From NCBI GenBank assembly GCA_033763135.1, contig JANRKY010000286.1:3284-67283 (forward strand): DNA of 64,000 nt, read 5' to 3'. Every line of letters begins with the position of its first letter. Position 1 is the first letter of the stretch. Source of the stretch: Blastocatellia bacterium. Lineage in GTDB: Bacteria; Acidobacteriota; Blastocatellia; RBC074. Both the position numbers and the translations under genes were made by a program. Shown one piece after another: positions 9,096 through 19,362 of the stretch. Under the pieces are notes generated by a model. The model did not search any database. It saw nothing but the letters and a program-made list of their open reading frames with translations, and was not told the DNA's origin.

Positions 9096-10643
9096 ATGAA
9101 CGGAGCGGAAAGTCTCTTCAAGACGCTGCTGGATGCCGGGTTGAATGTCTGTTTCGCGAACCCGGGAACGACGGAGATGCCGATGGTGCGCGCGCTCGAT
9201 GAGGTTGCGGGGATGCGCACCGTGCTCTGTCTGTTCGAGGGGGTGGCGACGGGCGCGGCGGACGGATACGCCCGGATGAGCGGGCGTCCGGGATTGACGC
9301 TGCTCCATCTGGGGCCGGGCTTCGCAAACGGGATCGCCTATCTGCACGATGCCAGACGCGCGCGGTCCCCGATCGTCAATCTGATCGGGGACCACGCGAC
9401 GTGGCATCTGGCGGCGGACGCTCCGCTGACGAGCGACATCGAGTCGCTGGCGCGTCCGGTCTCGACCTGGGTTCGGCGGAGCGAATCGGCGGACGCGATT
9501 CCGCGCGATGCGGCGGAGGCGATCGCTTCCGCGTGGGCGCGGCCGGGACAGATCTCCACGCTGATTCTGCCGCACGACCATCAGATGGCGGAGGCATCGG
9601 GGCCCGCCGCGGTCGCGCCGATTCCGGGGCCGCCTCCGGTCGGCGAAACGCCGCTGCGAGAGGCGCTGGCGGCGCTTCGGGAAGAGCCGCCGGCGGCGCT
9701 CTTTCTGGGCGGATACGCGCTGCGCGAACGCGGATTGAAGGCCGTCGCGCGAATTGCGGCGGCCGCCAACTGTCGGCTGCTCTGCGAGACCTTTCCGGCG
9801 CGATGGGAGCGCGGGGCGGGGACGCCGATCCTCGAACGGCTGCCCTATTTTCCCGAGCCCGGAATCGCGATGCTCTCGCAATTCAAAACCATCATTCTGG
9901 CCGGCGCGCGGTCGCCGGTCACGTTCTTCGGATATCCCGGCCTGCCCAGCTATTTCATTTCGCCCGAACAGCGGACGCTGACGCTGGCCACGCCGGAGGA
10001 GGATGTCGAGACGGCGCTCGAATCGCTCGCGGATGCGCTGGGAGCGCCCGCCAGCGTTGCCGTGAACACGGCCCGCGCCGTTCCGCCGCGCCCGGCGGGA
10101 GCGATCACCGCCGAGAGTCTCTCCGCGATCGTCGCCGCGCTGCTTCCCGAAGGCGCCATCGTCATGGACGAGAGCAACACGAGCATGGGGCCGTTTTCGG
10201 TGATGGCGCAATCGGCCAGCCCGCATACCGTGCTGACGCAGCCCGGCGGCGCCATCGGTCTCGGGCCGCCCTGCGCGACGGGCGCGGCCATCGCCTGTCC
10301 GGATCGCGTCGTTCTCAATCTGCAGGCCGACGGCAGCGCGATGTACACGATTCAGGCCCTCTGGACCCAGGCCCGCGAATCGCTCAACGTCAAGACGATC
10401 ATCTGCAACAATCGCAGCTATCGCATTCTCGGCATCGAACTGATGCGCGCCGGAATCACCCGGATCGGCGAGCAGGCCCGGCGGCTGGTCGGCCTCGACA
10501 ATCCCGCCATCGACTGGGTGCAGCTCTCGCAGGGGCTCGGCGTCCCCGCGACCCGCGTCGAGACCGCGGAGCAGCTCGCCCTCGCTCTCGAACGCGCCCT
10601 GGCCGAACCGGGGCCCGCGCTCATCGAAGCGCTGGTGAGCTGA
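9096..10643 (+). CDS. Thiamine-pyrophosphate-dependent enzyme (acetolactate synthase large-subunit / benzoylformate decarboxylase family).
   Basis: 515 aa. N-terminal TPP-pyrimidine-binding pattern [12 protein letters not shown]. Central and C-terminal TPP-binding regions. Confidence 0.8.
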   Translation: MNGAESLFKTLLDAGLNVCFANPGTTEMPMVRALDEVAGMRTVLCLFEGVATGAADGYARMSGRPGLTLLHLGPGFANGIAYLHDARRARSPIVNLIGDHATWHLAADAPLTSDIESLARPVSTWVRRSESADAIPRDAAEAIASAWARPGQISTLILPHDHQMAEASGPAAVAPIPGPPPVGETPLREALAALREEPPAALFLGGYALRERGLKAVARIAAAANCRLLCETFPARWERGAGTPILERLPYFPEPGIAMLSQFKTIILAGARSPVTFFGYPGLPSYFISPEQRTLTLATPEEDVETALESLADALGAPASVAVNTARAVPPRPAGAITAESLSAIVAALLPEGAIVMDESNTSMGPFSVMAQSASPHTVLTQPGGAIGLGPPCATGAAIACPDRVVLNLQADGSAMYTIQALWTQARESLNVKTIICNNRSYRILGIELMRAGITRIGEQARRLVGLDNPAIDWVQLSQGLGVPATRVETAEQLALALERALAEPGPALIEALVS

Positions 10644-10679
10644 GACGACGATCGCACTTAATGAAAAAGGAGTCATACA

Positions 10680-11882
10680 ATGAACTTCGAATATACCGAC
10701 AAGGTCAAATACCTGCAGAAGAAGCTGTCGTCCTTCATGGACGAATACATCTACCCCAATGAAGCCGCGTATTACGAGCAGCTCAACACGGGCGAGCGCT
10801 GGAAGGTTCTGCCCGTCATCGAGGAGTTGAAGCCGAAGGCGAAGGCCGAGGGGTTGTGGAATCTTTTTCTTCCCGAAAGCGAGCACGGGGCGGGGCTGAC
10901 GAATCTGGAATATGCGCCGCTGTGCGAAATCATGGGGCGGGTTCCGTGGTCGGCCGAAGTCTTCAACTGTTCGGCGCCCGACACCGGAAACATGGAGGTG
11001 CTCGTTCGCTACGGCAGCGAAGAGAACAAGGCGCAGTGGCTGACGCCGCTGCTCAACGGCGAGATCCGCTCCTGTTACGCGATGACGGAGCCTGAGGTGG
11101 CCTCGTCGGACGCGACGAACATCTGTTCGAGCATCGTTCGCGACGGCGACTCGTACGTCATCAACGGCCGCAAGTGGTGGACGTCCGGCGCCGGCGATCC
11201 GCGATGCCGCATCGCGATCTTCATGGGAAAGACCGATGTCACCGCGCCGACCCACAAGCAGCAGTCGATGATCCTCGTGCCGATGGACGCGCCGGGCGTG
11301 AAGGTCATGCGCATGCTCAATGTTTTCGGCTATGACGATGCGCCGCACGGCCACGCGGAGGTCCTCTTCGAGAACGTCCGCGTCCCGGCCGGAAACATTC
11401 TTCTCGGAGAGGGGCGCGGTTTCGAGATCGCCCAGGGGCGGCTCGGTCCCGGCCGCATCCACCACTGCATGCGCACGATCGGACTCGCTGAACGCTCGCT
11501 CGAAGCGATGTGCAAACGTGTCAAGCATCGCGTCGCGTTCGGAAAGACGATCGCCGAGCAGGGGACCATCCGCGCGGACATCGCCGCCTGCCGCATCGAG
11601 ATCGAACAGGCGCGCCTGCTGACCCTCAAGGCCGCCTATATGATGGACACCGTCGGCAACAAGGTCGCCCGCGCCGAGATCGCCATGATCAAGGTCGTCG
11701 CTCCCAACATGGCGCTTCGCGTCATCGATCGCGCGCTTCAGGCGCACGGCGGCGGCGGCGTCAGCCAGGACTTCCATCTGGCCAGCGCCTGGTCGCATGC
11801 CCGCACCCTGCGCCTCGCCGACGGACCGGACGAGGTCCATCGCGAGACCATCGCCAAACTCGAATTGAAGAAGTACGAGTAG
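10680..11882 (+). CDS. Acyl-CoA dehydrogenase (ACAD10/11-like, FadE family).
   Basis: 400 aa. [13 protein letters not shown] and the C-terminal catalytic region are typical of the ACAD fold. AAGGAG RBS. Confidence 0.85.
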   Translation: MNFEYTDKVKYLQKKLSSFMDEYIYPNEAAYYEQLNTGERWKVLPVIEELKPKAKAEGLWNLFLPESEHGAGLTNLEYAPLCEIMGRVPWSAEVFNCSAPDTGNMEVLVRYGSEENKAQWLTPLLNGEIRSCYAMTEPEVASSDATNICSSIVRDGDSYVINGRKWWTSGAGDPRCRIAIFMGKTDVTAPTHKQQSMILVPMDAPGVKVMRMLNVFGYDDAPHGHAEVLFENVRVPAGNILLGEGRGFEIAQGRLGPGRIHHCMRTIGLAERSLEAMCKRVKHRVAFGKTIAEQGTIRADIAACRIEIEQARLLTLKAAYMMDTVGNKVARAEIAMIKVVAPNMALRVIDRALQAHGGGGVSQDFHLASAWSHARTLRLADGPDEVHRETIAKLELKKYE

Positions 11883-11965
11883 GGACAGGCCCCCGTGCCT
11901 GTCCTCGAATTGAAGAAGTACGAGCAGGGACAGGCCCCCGTGCCTGTCCCCGCGTCTCCCCGTCC
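11862..11965 (+). repeat. Tandem ~45 bp duplication of the ACAD gene's last codons, each copy followed by a GGACAGGC-CCCCGT-GCCTGTCC hairpin.
   Basis: CTCGAATTGAAGAAGTACGAG[T/C]AGGGACAGGCCCCCGTGCCTGTCC occurs twice in direct repeat. The first copy carries the TAG stop. Confidence 0.6.
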
Positions 11966-11981
11966 GCCCCCGCGTCGATGG

Positions 11982-14900
11982 TCAATGGACCGCGCAGCGT
12001 TCGATGGCGGCCTGCAGCTCTTCGAGGCGGACGGGTTTGCTGACGAAATCGTCCATGCCGGCCGAGAGGCAGAGATCGCGGTCCTCCTGCAGCACGTTGG
12101 CGGTCATGGCGATGATGCGGGGGCGGTCCAGCGGCCATTCGGCGCAGATGCGGCGAGTGGCCTCGATGCCGTCCATCTCGGGCATGTGAACGTCCATGAA
12201 GATCACGTCATACCGCTGTCTGCGAATGGCGTCGATGGCTTCGATGCCGTTGCCTGCGATGTCGGCACGATAGCCGAGTCGGTCGAGCAGCCGCAGGGCG
12301 ACCTTTTGATTGATCACGTTGTCTTCGGTCAGCAGGACGCGGAGCGGCAATCGGCGGGCGGTCTCTGTCGAGAGCTTTGGCGGCGCGACGGAGTTTCGCG
12401 GCGAGGCCTTCCGCCGGCTGACGATGCCGATGAGCGCATCGTAGAGCTGAGAGGGCTTGATCGGTTTGTTGAGAAAGGCGGCGAAGTCGAGCCCTTCGTA
12501 TTTCTCCTTCAATTCGCGGGCGCTTGTGGCGAGCGAGGTCAGCATGACCATTTGCGGTTGAACGATGCCCGGCAGGCGGCGGATTTCGAGCGAGAGCATG
12601 GCGCCGTCCATGGCCGGCATCTGCATATCCAGAATCGCGAGATCGAACGCTTCGCCGCCGCGCAGCAGAGCGAGCGCCTCGGCGCCGCCGGCGACCGCCT
12701 GCGGCCGCATCCCCCAGGAACTCGTCTGTCGCAGCAGGATGCGGCGATTCGTTTCGTTGTCGTCGACGATGAGCACGCGTTTGCCGTCCAGATCGGGTTG
12801 TTCTCCCAGTTGATAGCTGCGCGGCGCGGTCGCGGCGGCCGCGGCCCGGATCGTGAACGTGAACGTGGAGCCCTCGCCTTCCCGGCTTTCGACGCGGACC
12901 GTCCCGCCCATCATTTCGCTGAGGAGCTTCGTGATCGCGAGCCCCAGCCCGGTTCCGCCGTACTGGCGGGTCGTCGACGAGTCGACCTGGCTGAACGACT
13001 TGAACAGGCGATCCATTCGATCCCTGGGAATGCCGATGCCCGTATCCCGCACGGCGAATTCCAGTTCGTGGAGGCCCGCTTCCAGCGGGCGCGAGGAGAC
13101 GGCGATCACGACTTCGCCCGCGAGAGTGAACTTGACCGCGTTGCTGAGCAGATTGACGAGGATCTGTCGCAGACGGGTGATGTCGCCGATGATGTCGCGC
13201 GGCGTCGTCTCGTCGATCATATAGGCGAGTTCGATCCCCTTTTCGCCGGCTCTCGATGAGAGCAGATCGAGCGACTCCTCGATGCAGCCGGCGAGGCTGA
13301 ATGGCTGCTGCTCCAGTTCGAGCATGCCGCTTTCGATCTTCGAGAAATCGAGAATGTCGTTGATGATCGTCAGCAGGGAATCGCCGCTGGTCCGAACGAT
13401 CTCGACGAACTCCCGCTGCTCTTCGTCCAGATCGGTATCGAGCAGCAGCCCCGTCATTCCGATGACGGCGTTCATCGGCGTTCGAATCTCGTGGCTCATA
13501 TTGGCCAGAAATTCGCTTTTGGCGCGATTGGCAGCTTCGGCGCCGTCCTTGGCGAGCTGCAGTTCCGTCTCGGCCCGCTTGCGTTGAATGAAGCGCGTGA
13601 TCCGGTTGGCGATTCCCTGGAGCGCATCCATCGTGGTTTGGGGGAGCGGCCGGCGCGAGAAGAGCGCGACGCCGCCGAAGAGCCGGTCCTCCGCGATCAG
13701 CGGATAGCCGGCAAAGGCGACCATTCCCTCGCGCCTCGCCCATTCGGGGTCTCCGATGTTCGGCGCGGTGAGAATCGAGTTCGTCAACAGGGGCTTGCGG
13801 GAGGCGGCGATTCCGCCGATCAGCAGCTTGCCGACGGGGATTCGCGCGTGCGGCCCGTCGATCTCGGTAAAGATGCCCGCGCTTGCTTCGAGCTGGAGCA
13901 TGTCCTCCGCTTCGTCATAGGACCAGATGCGGCAGAAAGCGGCGTCCAGGTGCCGCACCGTCAGCTCCGCGCAGCGTTGCAGCGTGTCGCGAAGAGCGCC
14001 GGGCCGGTTGAGCGCGTTGCCGATATCGGAATTGAGCGCGAGCAGATTGGCCCGCTCCTGCTGCTCGGCCTCGATCCGCGTGCGCTCGGCAATCTCCAGG
14101 CGCAGTTCGCGGGTTCGTTCCTCGACGACCGCCAGCAGCGCCCGCTCGCGCTCTCGGAGCTGCCGCACCCGAAACCGATACCCGCCCGCCGCGGCCAGCA
14201 GGACGCCCAGCAGACACATGCCGTAAAACCACCAGGTCTGCCGGAAGCGCGGACGAAGCTTGAACGAGACGCTCGCTCCCTGCTCGTTCCACACGCCATC
14301 GTTGTTGCAGGCCATGACCTGAAAGCGGTATTCCCCCGGCGGGATGTGGGTGTAATAGGCGACGCGGCGTCCCCCGGCATCGATCCAGTTCTCGTCGTAT
14401 CCTTCCAGCCGATAACGAAATCGCACCTTCTCGGGAACGAGCAGCGACAGGCCGTTGTAGCGAATCTCGAACGAATCGCCGCCGGGAGGAAGCTGGAGCG
14501 AATTGTCCGGCGGAAGCGCGCTCCCATTGACGACCAGCTCTTCGATCACGACCGGCAGCATGAGGTCGTTCTGTTTGAATCGCGCGGGATCGACGATGGC
14601 CACCCCTTTTTTCGTCAGAAACCAGAGCCTGCCGTCCCGCGCGCGCCACCCCGAATGACTGGTTCCGAAGACGCATTCGTCCGTCTTCATGCCATCGCCG
14701 GTTCCGAAGACCGTGGGCTGCAGCCGCGGCGCGCGCCCGGCGTCGAAGGCGGCCAGCTCCTGCGCGCGAATGCGCGCCAGTCCCCGGGGCGAACTCACCC
14801 AGAGATCTCCGCTCGCATCGTGGAGAACGCAGAGCGCCTGATTGTCCATCAGCCCCTGCGCCTCGGTGTAGCTCGTGAACTCGCCTTCGCGCCAGCGATT

Positions 14901-16478
14901 GAGGCCGCCCCGCATCGTGCTCATCCAGATCGCGCCGTCCGCGCTCTCGTCGAAGGAGGTGATCCAGTTGTCCGAGAGCCCGTCCGCTTTGGTATAGAGC
15001 TTCGCCTCCCCGTCGCGAATGCGAACCACGCCGCCCGTCGTTCCCGCCCAGAGCGTTCCCCGCGAATCCCGAAAGAGCGCGCTGTGGTATTCGGTATTGT
15101 CATAGGGCTTTCCGTCGCGAAGCAGCACGGGGCGTATCTCGCCCCGCACAAAGCGCCGCAAGCCGACCTTGTCGATGAAGAAGAGAATGCTCTCGTCGTC
15201 CTCCGCGACGCAGGAGATCCATTGATCATGAAACTGAGGGAGATACTCCGTGACCCTGCCGTCGCGGATCTGCCGCAGACCGCGGGTGCCCGCGACCCAG
15301 ACGCTGCCGTCGCGGGAGGCAAAGGACGGGCCGCCTCTGCCTGCGATGTTGGTGAGCGATCCCTTGTGGAGCCGGGTGAATTGCGCCGAACTGTCATTGA
15401 AGATGTAGATGCTGCCGTCGCCCGCCTCAACGACGCTGTTGACCGAATCGTGGGCCAGCCCCTCGCGGGTCGTCAGCGGGAGAATTCGCACGTCTCGCAG
15501 CCGGTTGAGTCCTTCCCGGGTGGCGATCCAGAGGCTTCCCTCGCGGTCTTCGCTCAATCCCTGCACGTAGTTATTGCTGAGGCCATTCAGAATATCGAGG
15601 TGCGTCCACCTGCCGTTCGCCAGCCGGTTCAAGCCTCCATTGGAGGTTCCGACCCAGAGATTGCCCTCCCGGTCCTCGTGAATGGCGGTGATGACGGCAT
15701 CGCTCAATCCCTCGGGCACGCCGATGGTGGTCAATTTCCCGTTTCGCCATCGGCATAATCCGACCAGTGTGCCGAACCAGAGATCTCCCCGCCGGTCGAC
15801 GGCGACGGCGTGAACGCGCGTCGAGGGCATTCCCTGCGCGGCCGTCAGGCGTTCGGTGCGCCCATTGGAAAAGATCTCGACGCCGGCGTGATGGCCGACA
15901 TAGATGGCGCCCGCTGCGTCTTCCGCGATCCCGCAGATATAGTTGTGCGCGACCGGATGGCGAAGAAATTTTCTGTCTCTGTATTCGAAAAGGCCATTTG
16001 CGGTCCCAATCCAGAGAGCGCCGCTCCGGCTTTGAAAGAGCACGCGGATCTGATCGTCGATGCCGTCCTGCTTTCCGAAATGAACAATCCGTCCATCCTG
16101 GATTCGGCGAAGCCCGTTGGTCTCGGTGCCCACCCAGAGGGCGCCATCGGCGCTCTCCAGCAGAACGGCGACCGACTCCTTGCCATGTTTCTCGTCCGCG
16201 CTGATCTTGACAAGGCGGAAGTTGGCGCCGTCGAAGCGGATCAGCCCCGCCGTCGTCGCGAGCAGCAGATAGCCCTGTTTCGTCGCATGCACCGAATTGA
16301 CCGCGCTCGCAGGCAGGCCGTTCTGTCGCAGCCAGACATCGTGGCTGTACTGGGTGAGCGCGATTTCCGGATCGAGCGCGAACGCGACGGAGCCGCACAG
16401 GACGCCGAGCAGGATCAATGACAACAACCGTCGCGCGGTGTCCCGGAACACACTCCTCTGGTACCTCATAGCTGGCAT
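11982..16478 (-). CDS. Hybrid sensor histidine kinase. Signal peptide, periplasmic two-component-regulator propeller/Y_Y_Y repeats, a transmembrane helix, GAF, HisKA and HATPase domains, and two receiver domains.
   Basis: 1498 aa. Phospho-acceptor block [21 protein letters not shown]. Two C-terminal REC domains ([13 protein letters not shown]... and [14 protein letters not shown]...). Confidence 0.85.
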   Translation of the reverse strand: MPAMRYQRSVFRDTARRLLSLILLGVLCGSVAFALDPEIALTQYSHDVWLRQNGLPASAVNSVHATKQGYLLLATTAGLIRFDGANFRLVKISADEKHGKESVAVLLESADGALWVGTETNGLRRIQDGRIVHFGKQDGIDDQIRVLFQSRSGALWIGTANGLFEYRDRKFLRHPVAHNYICGIAEDAAGAIYVGHHAGVEIFSNGRTERLTAAQGMPSTRVHAVAVDRRGDLWFGTLVGLCRWRNGKLTTIGVPEGLSDAVITAIHEDREGNLWVGTSNGGLNRLANGRWTHLDILNGLSNNYVQGLSEDREGSLWIATREGLNRLRDVRILPLTTREGLAHDSVNSVVEAGDGSIYIFNDSSAQFTRLHKGSLTNIAGRGGPSFASRDGSVWVAGTRGLRQIRDGRVTEYLPQFHDQWISCVAEDDESILFFIDKVGLRRFVRGEIRPVLLRDGKPYDNTEYHSALFRDSRGTLWAGTTGGVVRIRDGEAKLYTKADGLSDNWITSFDESADGAIWMSTMRGGLNRWREGEFTSYTEAQGLMDNQALCVLHDASGDLWVSSPRGLARIRAQELAAFDAGRAPRLQPTVFGTGDGMKTDECVFGTSHSGWRARDGRLWFLTKKGVAIVDPARFKQNDLMLPVVIEELVVNGSALPPDNSLQLPPGGDSFEIRYNGLSLLVPEKVRFRYRLEGYDENWIDAGGRRVAYYTHIPPGEYRFQVMACNNDGVWNEQGASVSFKLRPRFRQTWWFYGMCLLGVLLAAAGGYRFRVRQLRERERALLAVVEERTRELRLEIAERTRIEAEQQERANLLALNSDIGNALNRPGALRDTLQRCAELTVRHLDAAFCRIWSYDEAEDMLQLEASAGIFTEIDGPHARIPVGKLLIGGIAASRKPLLTNSILTAPNIGDPEWARREGMVAFAGYPLIAEDRLFGGVALFSRRPLPQTTMDALQGIANRITRFIQRKRAETELQLAKDGAEAANRAKSEFLANMSHEIRTPMNAVIGMTGLLLDTDLDEEQREFVEIVRTSGDSLLTIINDILDFSKIESGMLELEQQPFSLAGCIEESLDLLSSRAGEKGIELAYMIDETTPRDIIGDITRLRQILVNLLSNAVKFTLAGEVVIAVSSRPLEAGLHELEFAVRDTGIGIPRDRMDRLFKSFSQVDSSTTRQYGGTGLGLAITKLLSEMMGGTVRVESREGEGSTFTFTIRAAAAATAPRSYQLGEQPDLDGKRVLIVDDNETNRRILLRQTSSWGMRPQAVAGGAEALALLRGGEAFDLAILDMQMPAMDGAMLSLEIRRLPGIVQPQMVMLTSLATSARELKEKYEGLDFAAFLNKPIKPSQLYDALIGIVSRRKASPRNSVAPPKLSTETARRLPLRVLLTEDNVINQKVALRLLDRLGYRADIAGNGIEAIDAIRRQRYDVIFMDVHMPEMDGIEATRRICAEWPLDRPRIIAMTANVLQEDRDLCLSAGMDDFVSKPVRLEELQAAIERCAVH

Positions 16479-16835
16479 CGTTCGTCTCGAACTCCGAGCA
16501 GGGACTTTGATTCTTCAATTCAGAAATGAATGAGCGCAATCCGACGAACCGCCGCGTCGGCGCTTCGCATCGAGGACCATTGGATTGGATCGCTGCTGTA
16601 TGTCTGGTTATCGTCGGCGGGAAAAGGCAGGGGTGTCCCGCAACTGCGTGATTACACCCAGAATCGCTCTCACTGTCAATAAAAACCCGCTCTTCCTTCC
16701 TTCAATTTCGGGGATTTTTCCCCCACATGACGATTTCTCGCGAACTGGAAAGCGATTGCGGACGAACTGGTCGGCGAAGGGAAGGGGGCCTTGTCGGCGC
16801 GGGGCTTTCGGGCGATGAGATGAGGCGGTGCGCGC

Positions 16836-17777
16836 TCACGAAAGCGAGTCGAGCAGGGAGCGCATGGCCTGCGGCATCGGTGCGTTGAAGATCATCGGCT
16901 GCCCCGTCGCCGGGTGCTTCAACTCCAGCCGCGAAGCGTGCAGTTGATGATGTTTTAGGCGAAGGGCGCCGGCCAGTTCGTCCGCGGCGCCCTTGTAGAA
17001 AGGATCGCCGACGATTGCGTGGCCGATCAGCTGGCAGTGGATGCGAAGCTGGTGGGTGCGGCCGGTGAGCGGTTCGAGTTCGAGAAGCGTGTGGTTCGCG
17101 TACCGGGTTCGCACCTTGTAGCGGGTCTGGGCCGGCCGGGTCTCCTTGCCCTCGCGCATCACGCGCCAGTGGGGAAAGATCGCCGGATCGAAGCCGATCG
17201 GCGCGTCGATCTCGCCCTCGCTCGTCGCCACGCGTCCGCAGACCAGCGCCTGATAGAACTTCTTCACCCAGCGCTCGCGGAAGTGTTTGGAGAGCGTACG
17301 ATGGGCCCGCAGCGTCTTGGCGATGATGATCACCCCGGAAGTGTTCCGATCCAGCCGGTGCACCAGCCCCGGACGAATCGCCTCGCCGCTCGATTGCCAG
17401 AAATGCCAGGCCAGGGCATTCATCAGCGTCCCCGATTTCTCGCGGCCCGACGGGTGAACCAGCAGCCCGACCTGTTTGTTGAGGACGATGATCTCCGCAT
17501 CCTCGTGCAGCACCTCGAGCGGAATCGCCTCCGGCGTCCCCGAGGACTTCTCCGCCGCGAACAGCTTCACCGAGACGCGGTCGTCCGGCCGCAGGCGCGC
17601 GCCCTTCAGCGAATTCGCGCCGTTCACCAGCGCATCGCCCTCCGCAATCAGGCGGCGAATCCGCGTCAGACTGACCTTCGGCAGTTTTCCGGCGATGAAC
17701 TCGTCGAGCCGCGGCTTGCCCTCCGCGACCGTGAATTCGAAGCTCAATCGTTCGGGATCGATCTCGGGCTCAGCCAT
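16836..17777 (-). CDS. RluA-family pseudouridine synthase.
   Basis: Catalytic motif VHRLDRNTSGVIIIAK. N-terminal S4-like domain. Confidence 0.85.
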   Translation of the reverse strand: MAEPEIDPERLSFEFTVAEGKPRLDEFIAGKLPKVSLTRIRRLIAEGDALVNGANSLKGARLRPDDRVSVKLFAAEKSSGTPEAIPLEVLHEDAEIIVLNKQVGLLVHPSGREKSGTLMNALAWHFWQSSGEAIRPGLVHRLDRNTSGVIIIAKTLRAHRTLSKHFRERWVKKFYQALVCGRVATSEGEIDAPIGFDPAIFPHWRVMREGKETRPAQTRYKVRTRYANHTLLELEPLTGRTHQLRIHCQLIGHAIVGDPFYKGAADELAGALRLKHHQLHASRLELKHPATGQPMIFNAPMPQAMRSLLDSLS

Positions 17778-18246
17778 GATTTCTCGAACTCCGGACCAGC
17801 AGCACGATCAGCACGAGCGCCGCGATCATATCGAACGACATCAGCCCCACCGAGACCCGATGCAACATGTCAAAAGTGATCTTCGCCGGGTCGCTCGCCG
17901 GGAGCGCCGCGATCCCCTCGCCGAACTGCAGCCGGATTCCGTGCAGCCGGTTCGAGACATAAAATCGCGAGATTGCCATCGACGCGACCATCATCGCCAG
18001 CGCGATCAGCTCGAACAGAAAGCGCCGTCGGTTTTGCTCGCGCGAAAAGAGCAGCAGCACGATCAGCAGCAGCCCGAGCCCCATCCCGATGAATTCCGTC
18101 GCCGCCAGATTGCGCGAGACGACGTTGCCCGCCAGATGCTGCAACGGCAGAACCGAGAAGGCCACCGGCGCGACGATGAAGCTGAAATAGCACATCACCC
18201 CGAACCAGAACCCCAGAATCGCCACTCGTATCTTGTCGGATGTCAT
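17770..18246 (-). CDS. Small integral membrane protein (about 4 transmembrane helices, possibly DUF4149-like). Its start forms an ATGA overlap with the stop of the upstream DUF309 gene.
   Basis: The internal start MTSDKIRVAILGFWFGVMCYF is preferred. The longer ORF upstream is a GC-rich low-complexity artefact. Confidence 0.5.
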   Translation of the reverse strand: MTSDKIRVAILGFWFGVMCYFSFIVAPVAFSVLPLQHLAGNVVSRNLAATEFIGMGLGLLLIVLLLFSREQNRRRFLFELIALAMMVASMAISRFYVSNRLHGIRLQFGEGIAALPASDPAKITFDMLHRVSVGLMSFDMIAALVLIVLLVRSSRNHG

Positions 18247-18593
18247 AATCGATCCTGCAGGGCAATCCGCGGCCGCGTCGCGGCGCCGTCGAAATGGGCC
18301 TTCACCGCGTCCGCGAACGCCCGCGCGTCCAGCCCCATCATCGTCGCCGGAAGCGCCGCCAGCCGCGCCTGCGCGCGCGCATGCACGCTCGCCGCTCCCT
18401 TCGCGTTTCCTCGCTCCCGGTGATGCAGCGCCGCCGCGATCTGGATCATCGCATGCAGAAACTCCCGCTCCGCGCCCTCCGCGCGCAGCCAGATCGTCTC
18501 CCAGACCTCGTGGCATTCGAAATAGCGCCCCTCGTTAAAAAGCGCGATCCCCTCGGAATATTCGGCGGCGGCGTTCATCTTCCTGGAACTCAT
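18243..18593 (-). CDS. DUF309-family protein.
   Basis: EGIALFNEGRYFECHEVWETIW matches the DUF309 signature. 116 aa. Confidence 0.65.
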   Translation of the reverse strand: MSSRKMNAAAEYSEGIALFNEGRYFECHEVWETIWLRAEGAEREFLHAMIQIAAALHHRERGNAKGAASVHARAQARLAALPATMMGLDARAFADAVKAHFDGAATRPRIALQDRL

Positions 18594-18606
18594 GATTCAT
18601 GCCAGT

Positions 18607-18730
18607 CCCACAGGTCCCATAGGTCTCATAGGTCTCATAGGTCCCATAGGTCCCACAGGTCCCATAGGTCCCATAGGTCCCATAGGTCCCATAGGTCCCA
18701 TAGGTCCCATAGGTCCCATAGGTCCCATAG
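18607..18730. repeat. Tandem 9 bp repeat (CCCATAGGT)n of 13.8 units that fills the rhodanese-to-DUF309 spacer.
   Basis: The units are CCCACAGGT, CCCATAGGT, CTCATAGGT, CTCATAGGT, CCCATAGGT, CCCACAGGT, eight perfect CCCATAGGT units, and a final partial copy. Confidence 0.95.
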
Positions 18731-18736
18731 CACCCT

Positions 18737-19063
18737 TCAATACCGCGGCACCGACGGATCCACTCGCAGCGACCAGTCGTCGATCCCGCCGAGCAGATTC
18801 TTGAGGTTCGTGAATCCCTGCGCCGCCAGAAACTGGCAGGCGCGATCCGAACGCATGCCGTGATGACAGTGCAGCACGATCTCCTGTTCCTTGTCGCCCA
18901 GTTCCGCCGCCCATTGCATGATCCGGCCGAGCGGACGCAGCTCCGCGCCCGCGATCTGCGCGGCCTGAAATTCCGACGGCTCGCGCACATCGATCAGACG
19001 GATCGTTTCGCCCGCGTCGCGCCGCGCCTTCAACTCTTCCACGGTGATGGTTCCGTAGCTCAT
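18737..19063 (-). CDS. Single-domain rhodanese (sulfurtransferase, GlpE/PspE-like).
   Basis: Active-site loop LHCHHGMRS. 108 aa. Confidence 0.8.
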   Translation of the reverse strand: MSYGTITVEELKARRDAGETIRLIDVREPSEFQAAQIAGAELRPLGRIMQWAAELGDKEQEIVLHCHHGMRSDRACQFLAAQGFTNLKNLLGGIDDWSLRVDPSVPRY

Positions 19064-19069
19064 TCTCGC

Positions 19070-19345
19070 TTACTCCGGTTTTGTCTCTCGCCGCACCCGT
19101 TCGATCAGCGCGGTCAGTTGTTCCACATCGAGCCTCGCCTCGTTGAGCGATCGCCGGCTGGCCATATAGCCCTGCCAGTACTCGCTCTCCGCGATCGTCT
19201 TGACGCGCTCCTCGCCGAGCGCGCTGGCCAGCATCGCAATCAGAATGCCCGAGACCTGCGTGTGCTCGACATACTTCGCGATCACGCTATAGGCCAGCTC
19301 CGCCGACTCGAGATTCCATTCCAGTTCGGTTTCCGTTGTCTCTTC
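19070..19345 (-). CDS. Small hypothetical protein (~92 aa).
   Basis: Only the C-terminal part of ORF 19070..19918 (from MEETTETELEW) is compositionally protein-like. It sits in the same operon context as ygfZ and the rhodanese gene. Confidence 0.4.
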   Translation of the reverse strand, partial: EETTETELEWNLESAELAYSVIAKYVEHTQVSGILIAMLASALGEERVKTIAESEYWQGYMASRRSLNEARLDVEQLTALIERVRRETKPE

Positions 19346-19362
19346 CATGCTCTTTGTCGAAG

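Noticed and set aside
18294-18863. Plus-strand ORFs reading the 9 bp repeat as (HRS)n or (IGP)n
   Set aside because: These lie antisense to the rhodanese and DUF309 genes. They are simple translations of the tandem array with no start or RBS context.
18597-18914. 105 aa minus-strand ORF encoding ...MGPMGPMGP... as a free-standing collagen-like gene
   Set aside because: Its upstream two-thirds overlap the rhodanese gene in another frame. Only the repeat-encoded part is considered potentially meaningful; see the finding on the in-frame leader.
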